The notes under the pieces are model-generated. The model ran no database searches, was not told the origin of the DNA, and saw only the letters and a list, made by a program, of their open reading frames with translations. From Antedon mediterranea (taxonomy: Eukaryota; Animalia; Echinodermata), in the NCBI RefSeq assembly GCF_964355755.1, contig NC_092673.1, positions 28,145,648-28,209,647 of the forward strand: a DNA stretch of 64,000 nt, read 5' to 3'. This document shows, piece after piece, positions 15,601 through 30,692 of the stretch. Made by a program: the position numbers and the translations under genes. Position 1 is the first letter of the stretch. Every line of letters starts with the position of its first letter.

Positions 15601-18600
15601 TACTATATGAAAATAAACATGCGCAGAGTCGAATATTGGGTTCTGCGCATGTCAATTATGCTATAGTAACTAGTTTTTTCGGAAAATAAAAAGGTCGAAA
15701 TTTTGCCATTTTTTGAAAAAATCTCTGTACTATAGTACAGGGAAATTTTCGAAAAATGGCCATTTTCGACCCTTTTATTTTTTGATATAAATAGTTACTA
15801 TAGCATAATAAACATGCGCAGAGTCTAATATTAGGTTCTGCGCATGTCTATTATGCTATAGTAACCAGTTTTATCTATTTTTTGACATAAGGGGTTACTA
15901 TATCCAAATAAATATGCGCAGAGTTGAATATTGGGGTCTGCGCATGTCTATTATGCTATAGTAACCAGTTTTATCTATTTTTTTACATAAGGGGTTACTA
16001 TATCAAAATAAATATGCGCAGAGTCGAATATTGGAGTCTGCGCATGTCAATTATGCTATAGTAACTAGTTTTATCGGAAAATAAAAAGGTCGAAATTTTG
16101 CTATTTTTTGAAAAAATCTCTGTACTATAGTACAGGTAAATTTTCGAAAAATAGCAATTTTTTGACCCTTTTATTTTTTGATATAAATAGTTACTATAGC
16201 ATAATAAACATGCGCAGAGTCTAATATTAGGTTCTGCGCATGTCTATTATGCTATAGTAACCAGTTTTATCTATTTTTTGACATAAGGGGTTACTATATC
16301 CAAATAAATATGCACTGAGTCGAATATTGGGGTCTGCGCATGTCAATTATGCTATAGTAACTAGTTTTATCGGAAAATAAAAAGGTCGAAATTTTGCTAT
16401 TTTTTGAAAAAATCTCTGTACTATAGTACAGGAAAATTTTTGAAAAATAGCCATTTTTCGACCCTTTTCTTTTTTGATATAAATAGTTACTATAGCATAA
16501 TAAACATGTGCAGAGTCGAATATTATCTATTATATAACACCTAAATAAATTCCTGTCATTTGATTGGACGAATGTGGGTCACATGGCGTGCAATAGTACG
16601 CACTATTCAACGATCGTTAAATAGTACTTTTTGAAACATTTTTGTGTACGAAAAAAAAAACGTCTCGCGGATGAAAAAAAATCTAGTACACAAATTATCC
16701 TATGATATGTACTGTGAAATACAACAGCGCCACCTGTCGTCCAAACCACCGCGAGATATGCAACAGCAGCAGATATTTGTGTACGATTTGGACATTATGT
16801 ACTAATTTCATTCAAAAAGGCATTGAAATTAGCTTTAGATCGTTTTTAGGATTTTGATTAATTAATGGGGACATCCCTACAAGACGTGGAATTGTTGGAA
16901 AAACCATAATTAGCTTAGATAAGTTCCAATTGTCTGTCGAAGTTTTGCCTTTCAGCCAAGCTAGTACTAGGCTACTAGGTCTAGCCTAGTAGGCCATGCT
17001 AGTATTAGGCTAGGCCTAGCCTAGGCGTTTTAGCCTTGCTAGGCCTAGGATTGTTTGGTCGTTTGTTGACATAATTAACACAGAAGTAGGTGTGTTTACG
17101 AAATCCATATAAATATAACATTTAATATAACATTATTAAAAACCAAATGTTACTGTTTTTAATCAAATGTGTGTGAATGAAATGTAGTAAGCTTTGGCTA
17201 GGGCTACCTTTTATTTGATTCAAATAACTAGAATTTATTTAGATGTTATATAAAACAAATAATGAATGTTTTGTATTCGTGTAATGGTACAAATAATGGC
17301 ACTTGGTGAATGATGAAAGGTTATATCAACTCGGCTTTGCCTCGTTGATATAACCTTTCATCATTCACCTCGTGCCATTATTTGTACCATTGCACTCATA
17401 AACATTCATTATTTGTATACTGTGCATGTCAATTATGCTATAGTAACCAGTTTTATCTATTTTTTGACATAAATGGTTACTATATCAAAATAAATATGCG
17501 CAGAGTCGAATATTGGGTTATGCGCTTGTCAATTATGCTATAGTAACTAGTTTTATCAGAAAATAAAAAGGTCGAAATTTTGCTATTTTTTGAAAAAATC
17601 TCTGTACTATAGTACAGGGAAATTTTCGAAAAATAGCCATTTTTTGACCCTTTTATTTTTTGATATAAATAGTTACTATAGCATAATAACCATGCACAGA
17701 GTCTAATATTAGGTTCTGCGCATGTCTATTATGCTATAGTAAACAGTTTTATCTATTTTTTTACATAAGGGGTTACTATATCCAAATAAATATGCGCAGA
17801 GTCGAATATTGGGGTCTGCGCATGTCAATTATGCTATAGTAACTAGTTTTATCGGAAAATAAAAAGGTCGAAATTTTGCCATTTTTATGAAAAAATCCCC
17901 GTACTATAGTACAGGGAAATTTTCGAAAAATGGCCATTTTCGACCCTTTTATTTTTTTATATAATTAGTTACTATAGCATAATAAACCTGCGCAGAGTCG
18001 AATATTGGGTTCTGCGCATGTCAATTATGCTATAGTAACTAGTTTTATCGGAAAATAAAAAGGTCGAAATTTTGCTATTTTTTGAAAAAAATCTCTGTAC
18101 TATAGTAAAGGGAAATTTTCGAAAAATAGCCATTTTTCGATCCTTTTATTTTTTGATATAAATAGTTATTATAGCATAATAAACATGTGCAGAGTCGAAT
18201 ATTATCTACTGCGCATGTTAATTATGCTATAGTAACCAGTTTTATCTATTTTTTGACATAAATGGTTACTATATCAAAATAAACATGCGCAGAGTCGAAT
18301 ATTGGGTTCTGCGCATGTCAATTATGCTATAGTAACTAGTTTTATTGGAAAATAAAAAGGTCAACATTTTGCCATTTTTTGAAAAAATCCCCGTACTATA
18401 GTACAGGGAAATTTTCGAAAAATGGCCATTTTCGACCCTTTTATTTTTTGATATAAATAGTTACTATAGCATAATAAACATGCGCAGAGTCTTATATTAG
18501 GGTCTGCGCATGTCTATTATGCTATAGTAACCAGTTTTATCTATTTTTTGACATAAGCGGTTACTATATCAAAATAAATATGCGCAGAGTCGAATATTGG

Positions 18601-21560
18601 AGTCTGCGCATGTCAATTATGCTATAGTAACTAGTTTTATCGGAAAATAAAAAGGTCGAAATTTTGCTATTTTTTGAAAAAATCTCTGTACTATAGTACA
18701 GGGGAATTTTCGAAAAATAGCCATTTTTTGACCCTTTTATTTTTTGATATAAATAGTTACTATAGCATAATAAAACATGCGCAGAGTCTAATATTAGGTT
18801 CTGCGCATGTCTATTATGCTATAGTAACCAGTTTTATCTATTTTTTGACATAAGGGGTTACTATATCCAAATAAATATGCGCTGAGTCGAATATTGGGGT
18901 CTGCGCATGTCAATTATGCTATAGTAACTAGTTTTATCGGAAAATAAAAAGGTCGAAATTTTGCTATTTTTTGAAAAAATCTCTGTACTATAGTACTGTA
19001 CAGGGAAATTTTTGAAAAATAGCCATTTTTCGACCCTTTTATTTTTTGATATAAATAGTTACTATAGCATAATAAACATGTGCAGAGTCGAATATTATCT
19101 ACTGCGCATGTCAATTATGCTATAGTAACCAGTTTTATCTATTTTTTGACATAAATGGTTACTATATCAAAATAAACATGCGCAGAGTCGAATATTGGGT
19201 TCTGCGCATGTCAATTATGCTATAGTAACTAGTTTTTTTGGAAAATAAAAAGGTCGAAATTTTGCCATTTTTTGAAAAAATCTCTGTACTATAGTACAGG
19301 GAAATTTTCGAAAAATGGCCATTTTCGACCCTATTATTTTTTGATATAAATAGTTACTATAGCATAATAAACATGCGCAGAGTCTAATATTAGGTTCTGC
19401 GCATGTCTATTATGCTATAGTAACCAGTTTTATCTATTTTTTTGACATAAGGGGTTACTATATCAAAATAAATATGCGCAGAGTCGAATATTGGGGTCTG
19501 CGCATGTCTATTATGCTATAGTAACCAGTTTTATCTATTTTTTTACATAAGGGGTTACTATATCAAAATAAATATGCGCAGAGTCGAATATTGGAGTCTG
19601 CGCATGTCAATTATGCTATAGTAACTAGTTTTATCGGAAAATAAAAAGGTCGAAATTTTGCCATTTTTATGAAAAAATCCCCGTACTATAGGACAGGGAA
19701 ATTTTCGAAAAATGGCCATTTTCGACCCTTTTATTTTTTGATATAAATAGTTACTATAGCATAATAAACATGCGCAGAGTCGAATATTGGGTTCTGCGCA
19801 TGTCAATTATGCTATAGTAACTAGTTTTATCGGAAAATAAAAAGGTCGAAATATTGCTATTTTTTGAAAAAATCTCTGTACTTTTATTTTTTGATATAAA
19901 TAGTTACTATAGCATAATAAACATGTGCAGAGTCGAATATTATCTACTGCGCATGTTAATTATGCTATAGTAACCAGTTTTATCTATTTTTTGACATAAA
20001 TAGTTACTATATCAAAATAAACATGCGCAGAGTCGAATATTGGGTTCTGCGCATGTCAATTATGCTATAGTAACTAGTTTTATTGGAAAATAAAAAGGTC
20101 GAAATTTTGCTATTTTTTGAAAAAATTCCCGTACTATAGTACAGGGAAATTTTCGAAAAATAGCCATTTTTCGATCCTTTTATTTTTTGATATAAATAGT
20201 TACTATAGCATAATAAACATGTGCAGAGTCGAATATTATCTACTGCGCATGTCAATTATGCTATAGTAACCAGTTTTATCTATTTTTTGACATAAATGGT
20301 TACTATATCAAAATAAACATGCGCAGAGTCGAATATTGAGTTCTGCGCATGTCAATTATGCTATAGTAACTAGCTTTATCGGAAATTAAAAAGGTCGAAA
20401 TTTTGCTATTTTCTGAAAAAATCTCTGTACTATAGTACAGGGAAATTTTCGAAAAATGGCCATTTTCGACCCTTTTATTTTTTGATATAAATAGTTACTA
20501 TAGCATAATAAACATGCGCAGAGTCTAATATTAGGTTCTGCGCATGTCTATTATGCTATAGTAACCAGTTTTATCTATTTTATGACATAAGGGGTTACTA
20601 TATCCAAATAAATATGCGCAGAGTCGAATATTGGGGTCTGCGCATGTCAATTATGGGTTGGTAACCAGTTTTATCTATTTTTTGACATAAGCGGTTACTA
20701 TATCAAAATAAATATGCGCAGAGTCGAATATTGGAGTCTGCGCATGTCAATTATGCTATAGTAACTAGTTTTATCGGAAAATAAAAAGGTCGAAATTTTG
20801 CTATTTTTTGAAAAAATCTCTGTACTATAGTACAGGGAAATTTTCGAAAAATAGCCATTTTTTGACCCTTTTATTTTTTGATATAAATAGTTACTATAGC
20901 ATAATAAACATGCGCAGAGTCTAATATTAGGTTCTGCGCATGTCTATTATGCTATAGTAACCAGTTTTATCTATTTTTTGACATAAGGGGTTACTATATC
21001 CAAATAAATATGCGCTGAGTCGAATATTGGGGTCTGCGCATGTCAATTATGCTATAGTAACTAGTTTTATCGGAAAATAAAAAGGTCGAAATTTTGCTAT
21101 TTTTTGAAAAAATCTCTGTACTATAGTACTGTACAGGGAAATTTTTGAAAAATAGCCATTTTTCGACCCTTTTATTTTTTGATATAAATAGTTACTATAG
21201 CATAATAAACATGTGCAGAGTCGAATATTATCTACTGCGCATGTCAATTATGCTATAGTAACCAGTTTTATCTATTTTTTGACATAAATGGTTACTATAT
21301 GAAAATAAACATGCGCAGAGTCGAATATTGGGTTCTGCGCATGTCAATTATGCTATAGTAACTAGTTTTTTCGGAAAATAAAAAGGTCGAAATTTTGCCA
21401 TTTTTTGAAAAAATCTCTGTACTATAGTACAGGGAAATTTTCGAAAAATGGCCATTTTCGACCCTTTTATTTTTTGATATAAATAGTTACTATAGCATAA
21501 TAAACATGCGCAGAGTCGAATATTACGTTCTGTGCATGTTAATTATGCTATAGTAATATT
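12700..21560. repeat. Satellite array of mostly alternating ~195-bp and ~100-bp palindromic units (~295-bp composite) with higher-order duplications
   Basis: Core (c/t)atgcgcagagtc recurs at e.g. 14726, 14921, 15021, 15217, 15317, 15518 and 15618 (spacing ~195/100). A diagnostic variant tagtactgtacagg occurs at ~15432, ~18991 and ~21123. Degenerate copies flank both edges. Confidence 0.95.
16530..17417. mobile_element. 888-bp non-autonomous element inserted in the satellite, with asymmetric inverted repeat and long 3' hairpin
   Basis: It interrupts the satellite motif tattatcTA|ctgcgcatg with TA duplicated (16528-29, 17418-19). The 5' end ttatataacacctaaataaattc is inverted at ~17231-17253. 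A hairpin with ~75-bp arms spans ~17255-17416. Confidence 0.8.
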
Positions 21561-21898
21561 GGGTTATGAAAAAAATCCCTGTTGGCCTACTATAGTATAG
21601 GGATGTTTTCAAAAAATGGTTTTCTACATAACTTGTTAATAAGTCTAGATAATAGTGACATTATCCCATCATAAATGCATAACTTAAAATACCTGAATAA
21701 AATATATTTAATTTAATTAAAAATTATTCCAAAATGTAATATTATTAAAAGGTTTGAAAGAGTGTGTTAATTGGTCCAAAGTGCAAGGAATTATGTATAA
21801 TATTTATACATTTCTTATAAAGTAAATAGTTTTTTTATTTGTAAGGCAATAATTGGGTTTAATAATTAAAAGAACTGTTTGTTTATCCTTATATTATA

Positions 21899-22350
21899 AA
21901 CATATGTTTTAAAACCCAACACCACCATTCCAGCCGATTCAGCAGCAGCTGTCTCTAAATAGAATCTAACTGATTCAGCAGCAGCTGTCTCTAAATAGAA
22001 TCTAACTGACTATTGCAAGTCATCTAGAAAGGAGTCTAGCTGTATTAAAGATGCAGCAAGTTTTATATCTGAAACATATGTTTTAAAACTCAACACCACC
22101 ATTGCAGCCGATTCAGCAGCAGCTGTCACTAAATAGAATCTAACTGACTATTGCAAGTCATCTAGAAACGAGTCGAGCTGTATTAAAGATGCAGCAAGTT
22201 ATATAACTGAAACATATGCTTTAAAACTTAACACCACCATAGCAGCCGATTCAGCAGCAGCAGTCACTAAATAGAATCTAATTGACTATTACAAGTCATC
22301 TAGAAACGAGTCTAGCTGCATTAAAGATGCAGCAAGTTATATATCTAAAA
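21899..22350. repeat. ~138-bp tandem repeat, 3 copies, with an internal ~37-bp duplication in copy 1
   Basis: acatatgttttaaaac...cagccgattcagcagcagctgtc...gatgcagcaagtt at ~21900, ~22074 and ~22212. Confidence 0.9.
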
Positions 22351-22666
22351 TTAATTGTTTTATTTACTTCATAAGAAATTGGTTAAAGCTTCTTTAAATT
22401 CTAGCATTGAAAATTAAGTGTATCTTAATTTACTACATTTTACTGCTTACCTTAAATTGGAAATTATACAAGAAAAGCCCTTCGATGTGGACAACATGCA
22501 ATTCTATTCTAAGTCATCACATAGGGGTTGCGAACACAAATGTGTTATGGCGCTCTGTTGCTGTCGCAACCCCTGGACCGCTTGTTGTCGAATAAAAAAT
22601 AGCAAATACATTTAATACAGATTATTTCAATCCTTATGTACTACTTTATGTCAAGTTTGATATGTT

Positions 22667-25600
22667 CTATACAGCAATGGTTTTCATTTTTGATGGTTCA
22701 TTGAAAACTCGTGCACACTCGGAATTCTCATCTGATTTTCCGCAACATGACCAGTGCGGTTTACCCGGATGACCTTCATGTCCATGCCCACAACCTTTGA
22801 ACCCACCTGAAAAGGTCAAAACAAATTATTTAAATTAAAAATACAAAATACCATGTATTAAACAAATATTTAAATTAAGTTAATCAACAAAAATTCTAAA
22901 TAGAAATGTATTGATTTATGATCTTGACTGACTGATGATTGACTAATTAGTATATTGATTTTAATTGTAACAAAAAGCTTAAGAAAAAAATAACTTAAAA
23001 ATATTATATTTTAAATAGAAATCAAGATATACTACTACTATTGTGACTAAGGTATGTAAAGCTCTGTCTACACTATCAAACTTTATGTGACAAGAAAAAT
23101 GTGATTTGCCCATATATGGACATGATAATGATGTCATATCACTACCATATTTGTGCACATGACACTTTTTTGGTCAAACTAGTTTGATAGTGTAGTTTAA
23201 AATCAATAATTACAAATATACATAATATATAATTAATAGGAAAAGAAATATTTTGGTTGTCTAATTAGAGTTTTGTCACAGTCAAAATGCCGAGCATGAT
23301 TCACAAAGCTTTTTTTTTGTTGGGTAAGTTAAGTTTGGTAAAGGGCATGGATTAAGGCCATTAAGAAATAATCAAAACTAAATTGTTTGTTTGATCCAAC
23401 AGAAGTACACTCTGCTAACATTAGAATAATTTGTAGCAGACTCTCTATTAAAAATTGGCAAACCACTTTTAATGACCTACCTGGCATGGTCGCGCCACAG
23501 GCACAAGTCACATCCTTACGACCTTCACTTGAGCAGAAAGTACAACAGTGAAATTTCCCAGAATGCTCTTTCCATGCACTTCGAACGTTTACCACAAAAG
23601 GGCTTCCCTACAATAGATCAAATATTTATCATTTAAAATCAGTGATATATATCGTAATAATAATAATACTAATTTATATAGCGCACATATCTACTAAAAG
23701 TGCTCAAGGCGCTAAAAGATCACCATTATTGCTTTGATGGTCCTCGTCGGTTGATACTCCACTACAATCTTTCTAAATGTCTCTACTACAATCTTTCTAA
23801 ATGTCTCTACTACAATCTTTCTAAATGTCTCTACTACAATCTTTCTAAATGAAAATATGTAGGAAATATAAATAAATATAGCAACATCCCTCCCTACCCA
23901 TTCTGATTTCCATCCCTCTCTAATCACCTAAAACAAATAGTTTTTATTTTCTTCTTCGTTCAAAAGGTAGTTTTCTAAATTATCTAATTATTTGTTGACC
24001 TCACTTGAAATATCAGTTATATATACTTTTTGAATTCTTTTTTTTTTCTGGTGGAACTAGCCTTAAGCCCTTCTGGGCTTGTTTAAGTTTCTCCAGCATA
24101 AGTGCATTCAACTTTTAAAAAAAATCTCTCATGTTATTACATAATGATCTTATGAAAATAAAATTGAATTGAATTGAAAAAAGATTGCTATATATGGCTC
24201 CTATAGTAGCAAACTTCACATTTTTTATTCAGTAATAACAAAGCAGTAAAATAGTTATTTTCATTGGTCAAAAAAAGAAAAAAAAAGTAAATTTACCTGA
24301 ATATGTTGCGTATGAATAAAGACGCTAATGAAGTACTGTCCTGGTATGTCAGGCGTATAATATACTTTATGTGATCCGTCTTCCTCATCCTCAATATCAA
24401 CAATAACATGCTCTCTAAAAACAAATAATGAATATTATAGTTAACTAAGTGTATTTATTTTATTTTATTTATTTCACCTTATTTATAGAGGGTGACCCTA
24501 AACAGTGTATGCTGACAATCAAGGGGCCCTCATGATAAGTGTCTGTGTGTGACAGTGGCTGTGTGAATAATATTACACCGGGGTAACCCCCTACTTGTCT
24601 CGTAAGATGTACTAGTGTACACTGGACCTATGTTTTATAGTCCTTATATCCAAGAAAAGAATGGAAAGGCACCACAGTTGTTTACCAAACATATGGTTAT
24701 GAAAACAACATTTCTTGACAAGTTTTTTGGTATTCAGGCCTTTGACTGGACTATGTTACACAACTTTTCTTAATTTTGTCATTTTTGGATGTGGTTTTGT
24801 AACAAGGTTTGAAGCCCAGGGGTGTATCAATATGGTACACATGAAATCAATACCTAGAAAATAGTATCAGGCAATCTATTTGCAAAATAAAGTCAATTAT
24901 TTCTCAGGCTGCTGAGTCAATTTAAATTTTCAACAAGAGGCAAAATTAACAAAAGGCTATTAGCTTACAAGATTAGGATCAGCTTTATGACATGGGGCTA
25001 TTCATAGAAGCTACTCAAGCGAAACCTACAGTACATTTACAATTTAAACCTTTTATTCAAATTCTAAGGGTAGCTGTTTCGGAATTTCTTTGAAACTTCG
25101 GAACTATTTTGTACAGTTTTTCTCAACTGAAAAAGAATTTTCACTTGCTTAATGTTAAAAGTAAGCTCTACATATTTTAATCTTGTTGAATTACTGTAAA
25201 TATATTAGAAGAGAAAGTTGTTACCTTATCTTTTAAAGTGTCATAAAATATCTGTAGTTCCTATTCTATTTTTTATATGATATTTTTCTTTTCTCTTTGG
25301 TTGAATAAAATTAATGAAATGAAATTCAACATTCAATTTTTACAATTGGATACTATAAATAACATGCCTATGTCCAATTTGTAACCATCATAAACATTTT
25401 TTTGTAGATAGCATTACTCAATGTTTCACCTTTCTCCCCAACACAAAATTCTACATAGTTTTACCAATAATCTTACCCATTTCGTCTTCCTCTCTGAATG
25501 ATTTCAATATTTATGTCTTCTGCCCCTTGGGGGCATTCCTTGCCCTCATTGTCTCGGACAACAACACAAAACTCAGCCTCTTCTGCTTCTCTAGCAACGT

Positions 25601-27037
25601 ACAACCCTGAAGATTAACAAATAATAAGACAAATTAATATCTATAGATCTTATAGAGTTCATTATGCTAAACTACCAACTTTTAAAAGAACTCTCCCAAA
25701 ACCAGAAATCTTCTAACAATCTTAAAAAAACAATTTGGGAAAGCCTACGGTTTTAGGAAAGTTGACTGTACTCGAAAAAAGATGCACCTACCATCTCCAC
25801 TTGCGCTACACTTCTGAGGGTCAATTATCTTTGACTTAATATCTCCAAAAACTTCTAAAGAATCTATTTCCCCCGCAGAAACATCTGGCAAAAACTTTAA
25901 AAAAGCATCAGCTCTCGGGGAAGAATGAATCTGGAGTCGACTGAAGTTTCCCATTCGCTGCGTCAATAACGGTTTAAGCGATAAAAACTCATCATTATTT
26001 CCGTCAGTGAGAGCTCTCTTCGCAACGGCGCAGCTGTGTTGCACGTCCTCAAGTGTCTGTTTCATGTAGAATTGTTGCGCTTTCAAAGCTTGTTTTTTCT
26101 CTTCACAAACTTTGTCAACTTTTACAAACAGCTGTTCCTTGTGCTTTTGTAATGCGGACATATAAGATTGCATATACAAATCGATCTCCTGCTTCACGGA
26201 TTCCTTCTTATTTTCAATCTCTGCGTCAAGTTCGTTAATCTTCTTAAGCGTACCCTGCAAAGTCAAAATATGTGGCTCGCTTTTAGAAATAAGTTTCAAA
26301 AGTAACGTCCTACTTTCATCTACAATGTCATCATTAAATTCTATCACATGATCACGATGTTCCACGATGCAGCAATCACGGCAGATTGTTTTATCGCAAG
26401 TCTCGCAAAATAAACGTTGCTCTTCTCGTAGATGTGACTGACACTTGAGGGGGCTATACAGTCCATCAACACCTTCTTTGCGAACCTCTTCCAAGCTTAT
26501 GACTTTATGAGACGCAGTTTTTCGTTGGCGATTATGAGCTTGCGAACAGAAATTGCATAAATTGACAGTACATTCCATACACCTGGAAATGGCGTCCGAT
26601 TCCTCACACAGATCACAATGAACGTTATTTTCATTTGGATTCAGAGCTTTTTGTAAGATTTCTTTTCGTATCATGAAATTTACCGGTAGTTCGTAAACAC
26701 CACGCCTCGGTAGATCGACCTCGGATTCGCACGTTGGACACATCAACGTGACGACAGTGTTGGATATACTTGACAGACTGTTCATTGAGATTGACAAATT
26801 TGGATTTCTATCGTCACTGCTGATGATGTACGGCTCAAACGAACGTATACACTCTGCGCAGAATGTATGAAGACAAGGAAGTAATCGTGGGTCATTATAC
26901 CGCTTGTGACATGATTTGCAATCTAAGTCAATTAACTCAGTCCTACTGGAAACATTGTCAGCAGCAGCCGAAGATCCATTACAATTTCCAGAACACTGGT
27001 TCTCAATTTCACCTTCAACAATCATTTGTTCAGACAT
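22667..27037 (-). CDS. TRIM45: TRIM45-like E3 ligase (RING, 2 B-boxes, coiled coil, filamin repeat, Cys/His-rich C-terminus); exons ~27037-25792, 25606-25477, 24414-24297, ~23608-23481, ~22806-22667
   Basis: RING C-x2-C...LPCLHTFC...CPTC and two B-boxes in the 442-aa ORF. Filamin exons (EDGSHKVYYTP, GSPFVV). The C-terminus FHCCTFCSS...CACGATMPGGFKGCGHGHEGHPGKPHWSCCGK is characteristic of TRIM45. Confidence 0.9.
23757..23851. repeat. 24-bp minisatellite, ~4 copies, in a TRIM45 intron
   Basis: Unit ctactacaatctttctaaatgtct in tandem. Confidence 0.9.
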
Positions 27038-28318
27038 TTCCAACAAAATTAAATTAAATATATTAACAAACAATTAAATGTAAATGAAAATATTCTATAT
27101 TTATACCATTACTAGCTAGTCTAGGCCTATATTCTGCTGTCGTTGCTTACATGACAGCCAACCTGAGTGGCCGACCTCGTCCCGCGGTAGGTAGTTCAAG
27201 AACAAAAGTTTTTAAGGCTAGATAATAATAAATAGAGGCCTATAGGCCTAGCTAGCCTAGCCAGCTTCTTAGCTAGACTTTTAATATCTCCAAAACCTGA
27301 TGATGGATGTGTCGCAATCCTTCAGGTTTATATTTCATCACGTCTAAACAGACTTCGGAATATTCGTCGTAGGTTGTTTGGTGAAATAAAACCCAAACTC
27401 TACAGTAAAAATTAATCTATCTTTTCTAGGCTAGGCCTCCGTTTTTGACAGCGAAGTTACTGAAAACTTTTCTTCCGTCTTTTCCGCTTGAGCAAACACA
27501 ATGAGCCTAGAGAGGGCGCACTTCAATTTATTACCATCTTCACACAATTAACAAAGCAGTATGTATTGTTCATTGAAACAATATATCTGCTGGTTCCAAA
27601 ATATTTCTGTTGAATTTATTTTTCACTAAGCTAACCCATACTTCCTTAACGTTTATTGATTCCACATAAAACTGAGAAATATCTCCCAATTTTGTTTCTA
27701 AAATATGTTGGATACAGTACTATATATGTAAAAAGTGATCACATAACTGTGACGATTTTTTGAGAAATATGACGATTCTTGATCTTATAAATGTATTATA
27801 CAACTGTATTGTGATGATGGAAAACTTGGGTGGGGGAGGTGAGGGTACTTGAACGCTGTCGTGTTTCTTCAAACTAACAGATCCAATTGGTACATTTGTA
27901 TAACCATGTAGCATCACATTTGATATGGTGTTTGGTTTTCTTTGAATTTGTTTACCACTAAGATGCAACACAATATTGTAACGCAAATTGATTTGGCCAA
28001 TCACAAGTGATGGATCATTCAAATTGTCGCTCGTGATTGGTCTACTTGCTTGCGTTGCATCCTAGTGGGAACCAAGCTTTAGAGTTTTAATGTCTAATAC
28101 TTTAATAACTACTTTTACAAACATACGGAACAAACAATATATGTTTACATTTCTGCTTTATTTGTCAGATTGTGCAGTTCACACTTGTATTAAATTTAAA
28201 GATAGTTTTGTATGTATGTTATATTTAGTAAGGCTTCATTTTTAATTGCCTCACATCGTGATCACATCAGTGTGTCTGTACCAAGTGGTGGTCCTTATTT
28301 ATAGTTTATTTTGTTTGT

Positions 28319-30364
<2,046 letters not shown>

Positions 30365-30388
30365 GGTCGATTTGGATTCACCACCACC

Positions 30389-30397
30389 GGAAAAGAA
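30389..30397 (-). promoter_or_regulatory. TCT initiator / 5'TOP pyrimidine tract of RPS18
   Basis: Minus strand reads TTCTTTTCC ~30 nt upstream of the ATG, matching the YYCTTTYY ribosomal-protein initiator. Confidence 0.75.
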
Positions 30398-30692
30398 CGT
30401 TTCCCAGAAGGCTCCATCACATTTTCCGAACTAATTTGAAAGAGCTTCATCCATTGGCTAGCACAAAATATTCTAGTACGACAGAACAAATCAAAAGTGC
30501 TAACTTATACGTGGTCGGGACTACACATAAAATTCTTCCACATTTCACAATGCGTCAATGCTCGTTTGAAACGCGTTACACTTTTATTACTTCAACAAGG
30601 GCCAACATTAATACAATACAAGTTAAATTAGACTAGGCCTAGGCTAGGCCCTTACTTTCTTTTTTGCTTTTTAGAGTGTTAAAATTAATAAA

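Noticed and set aside
12700-21560. CRISPR-like appearance and repeated 66-84 aa ORFs in the palindromic array
   Set aside because: Spacers are themselves repeated, there are no cas genes, and the context is eukaryotic. The ORFs are by-products of the satellite.
23712-23927. ORF with FRKIVVET repeats
   Set aside because: Translation of an intronic 24-bp minisatellite.
25745-27073. 442-aa single-exon ORF as a complete gene
   Set aside because: It reads through a splice donor at ~25791 and starts at a non-ATG codon. The likely start is the ATG at 27037, with four more exons.
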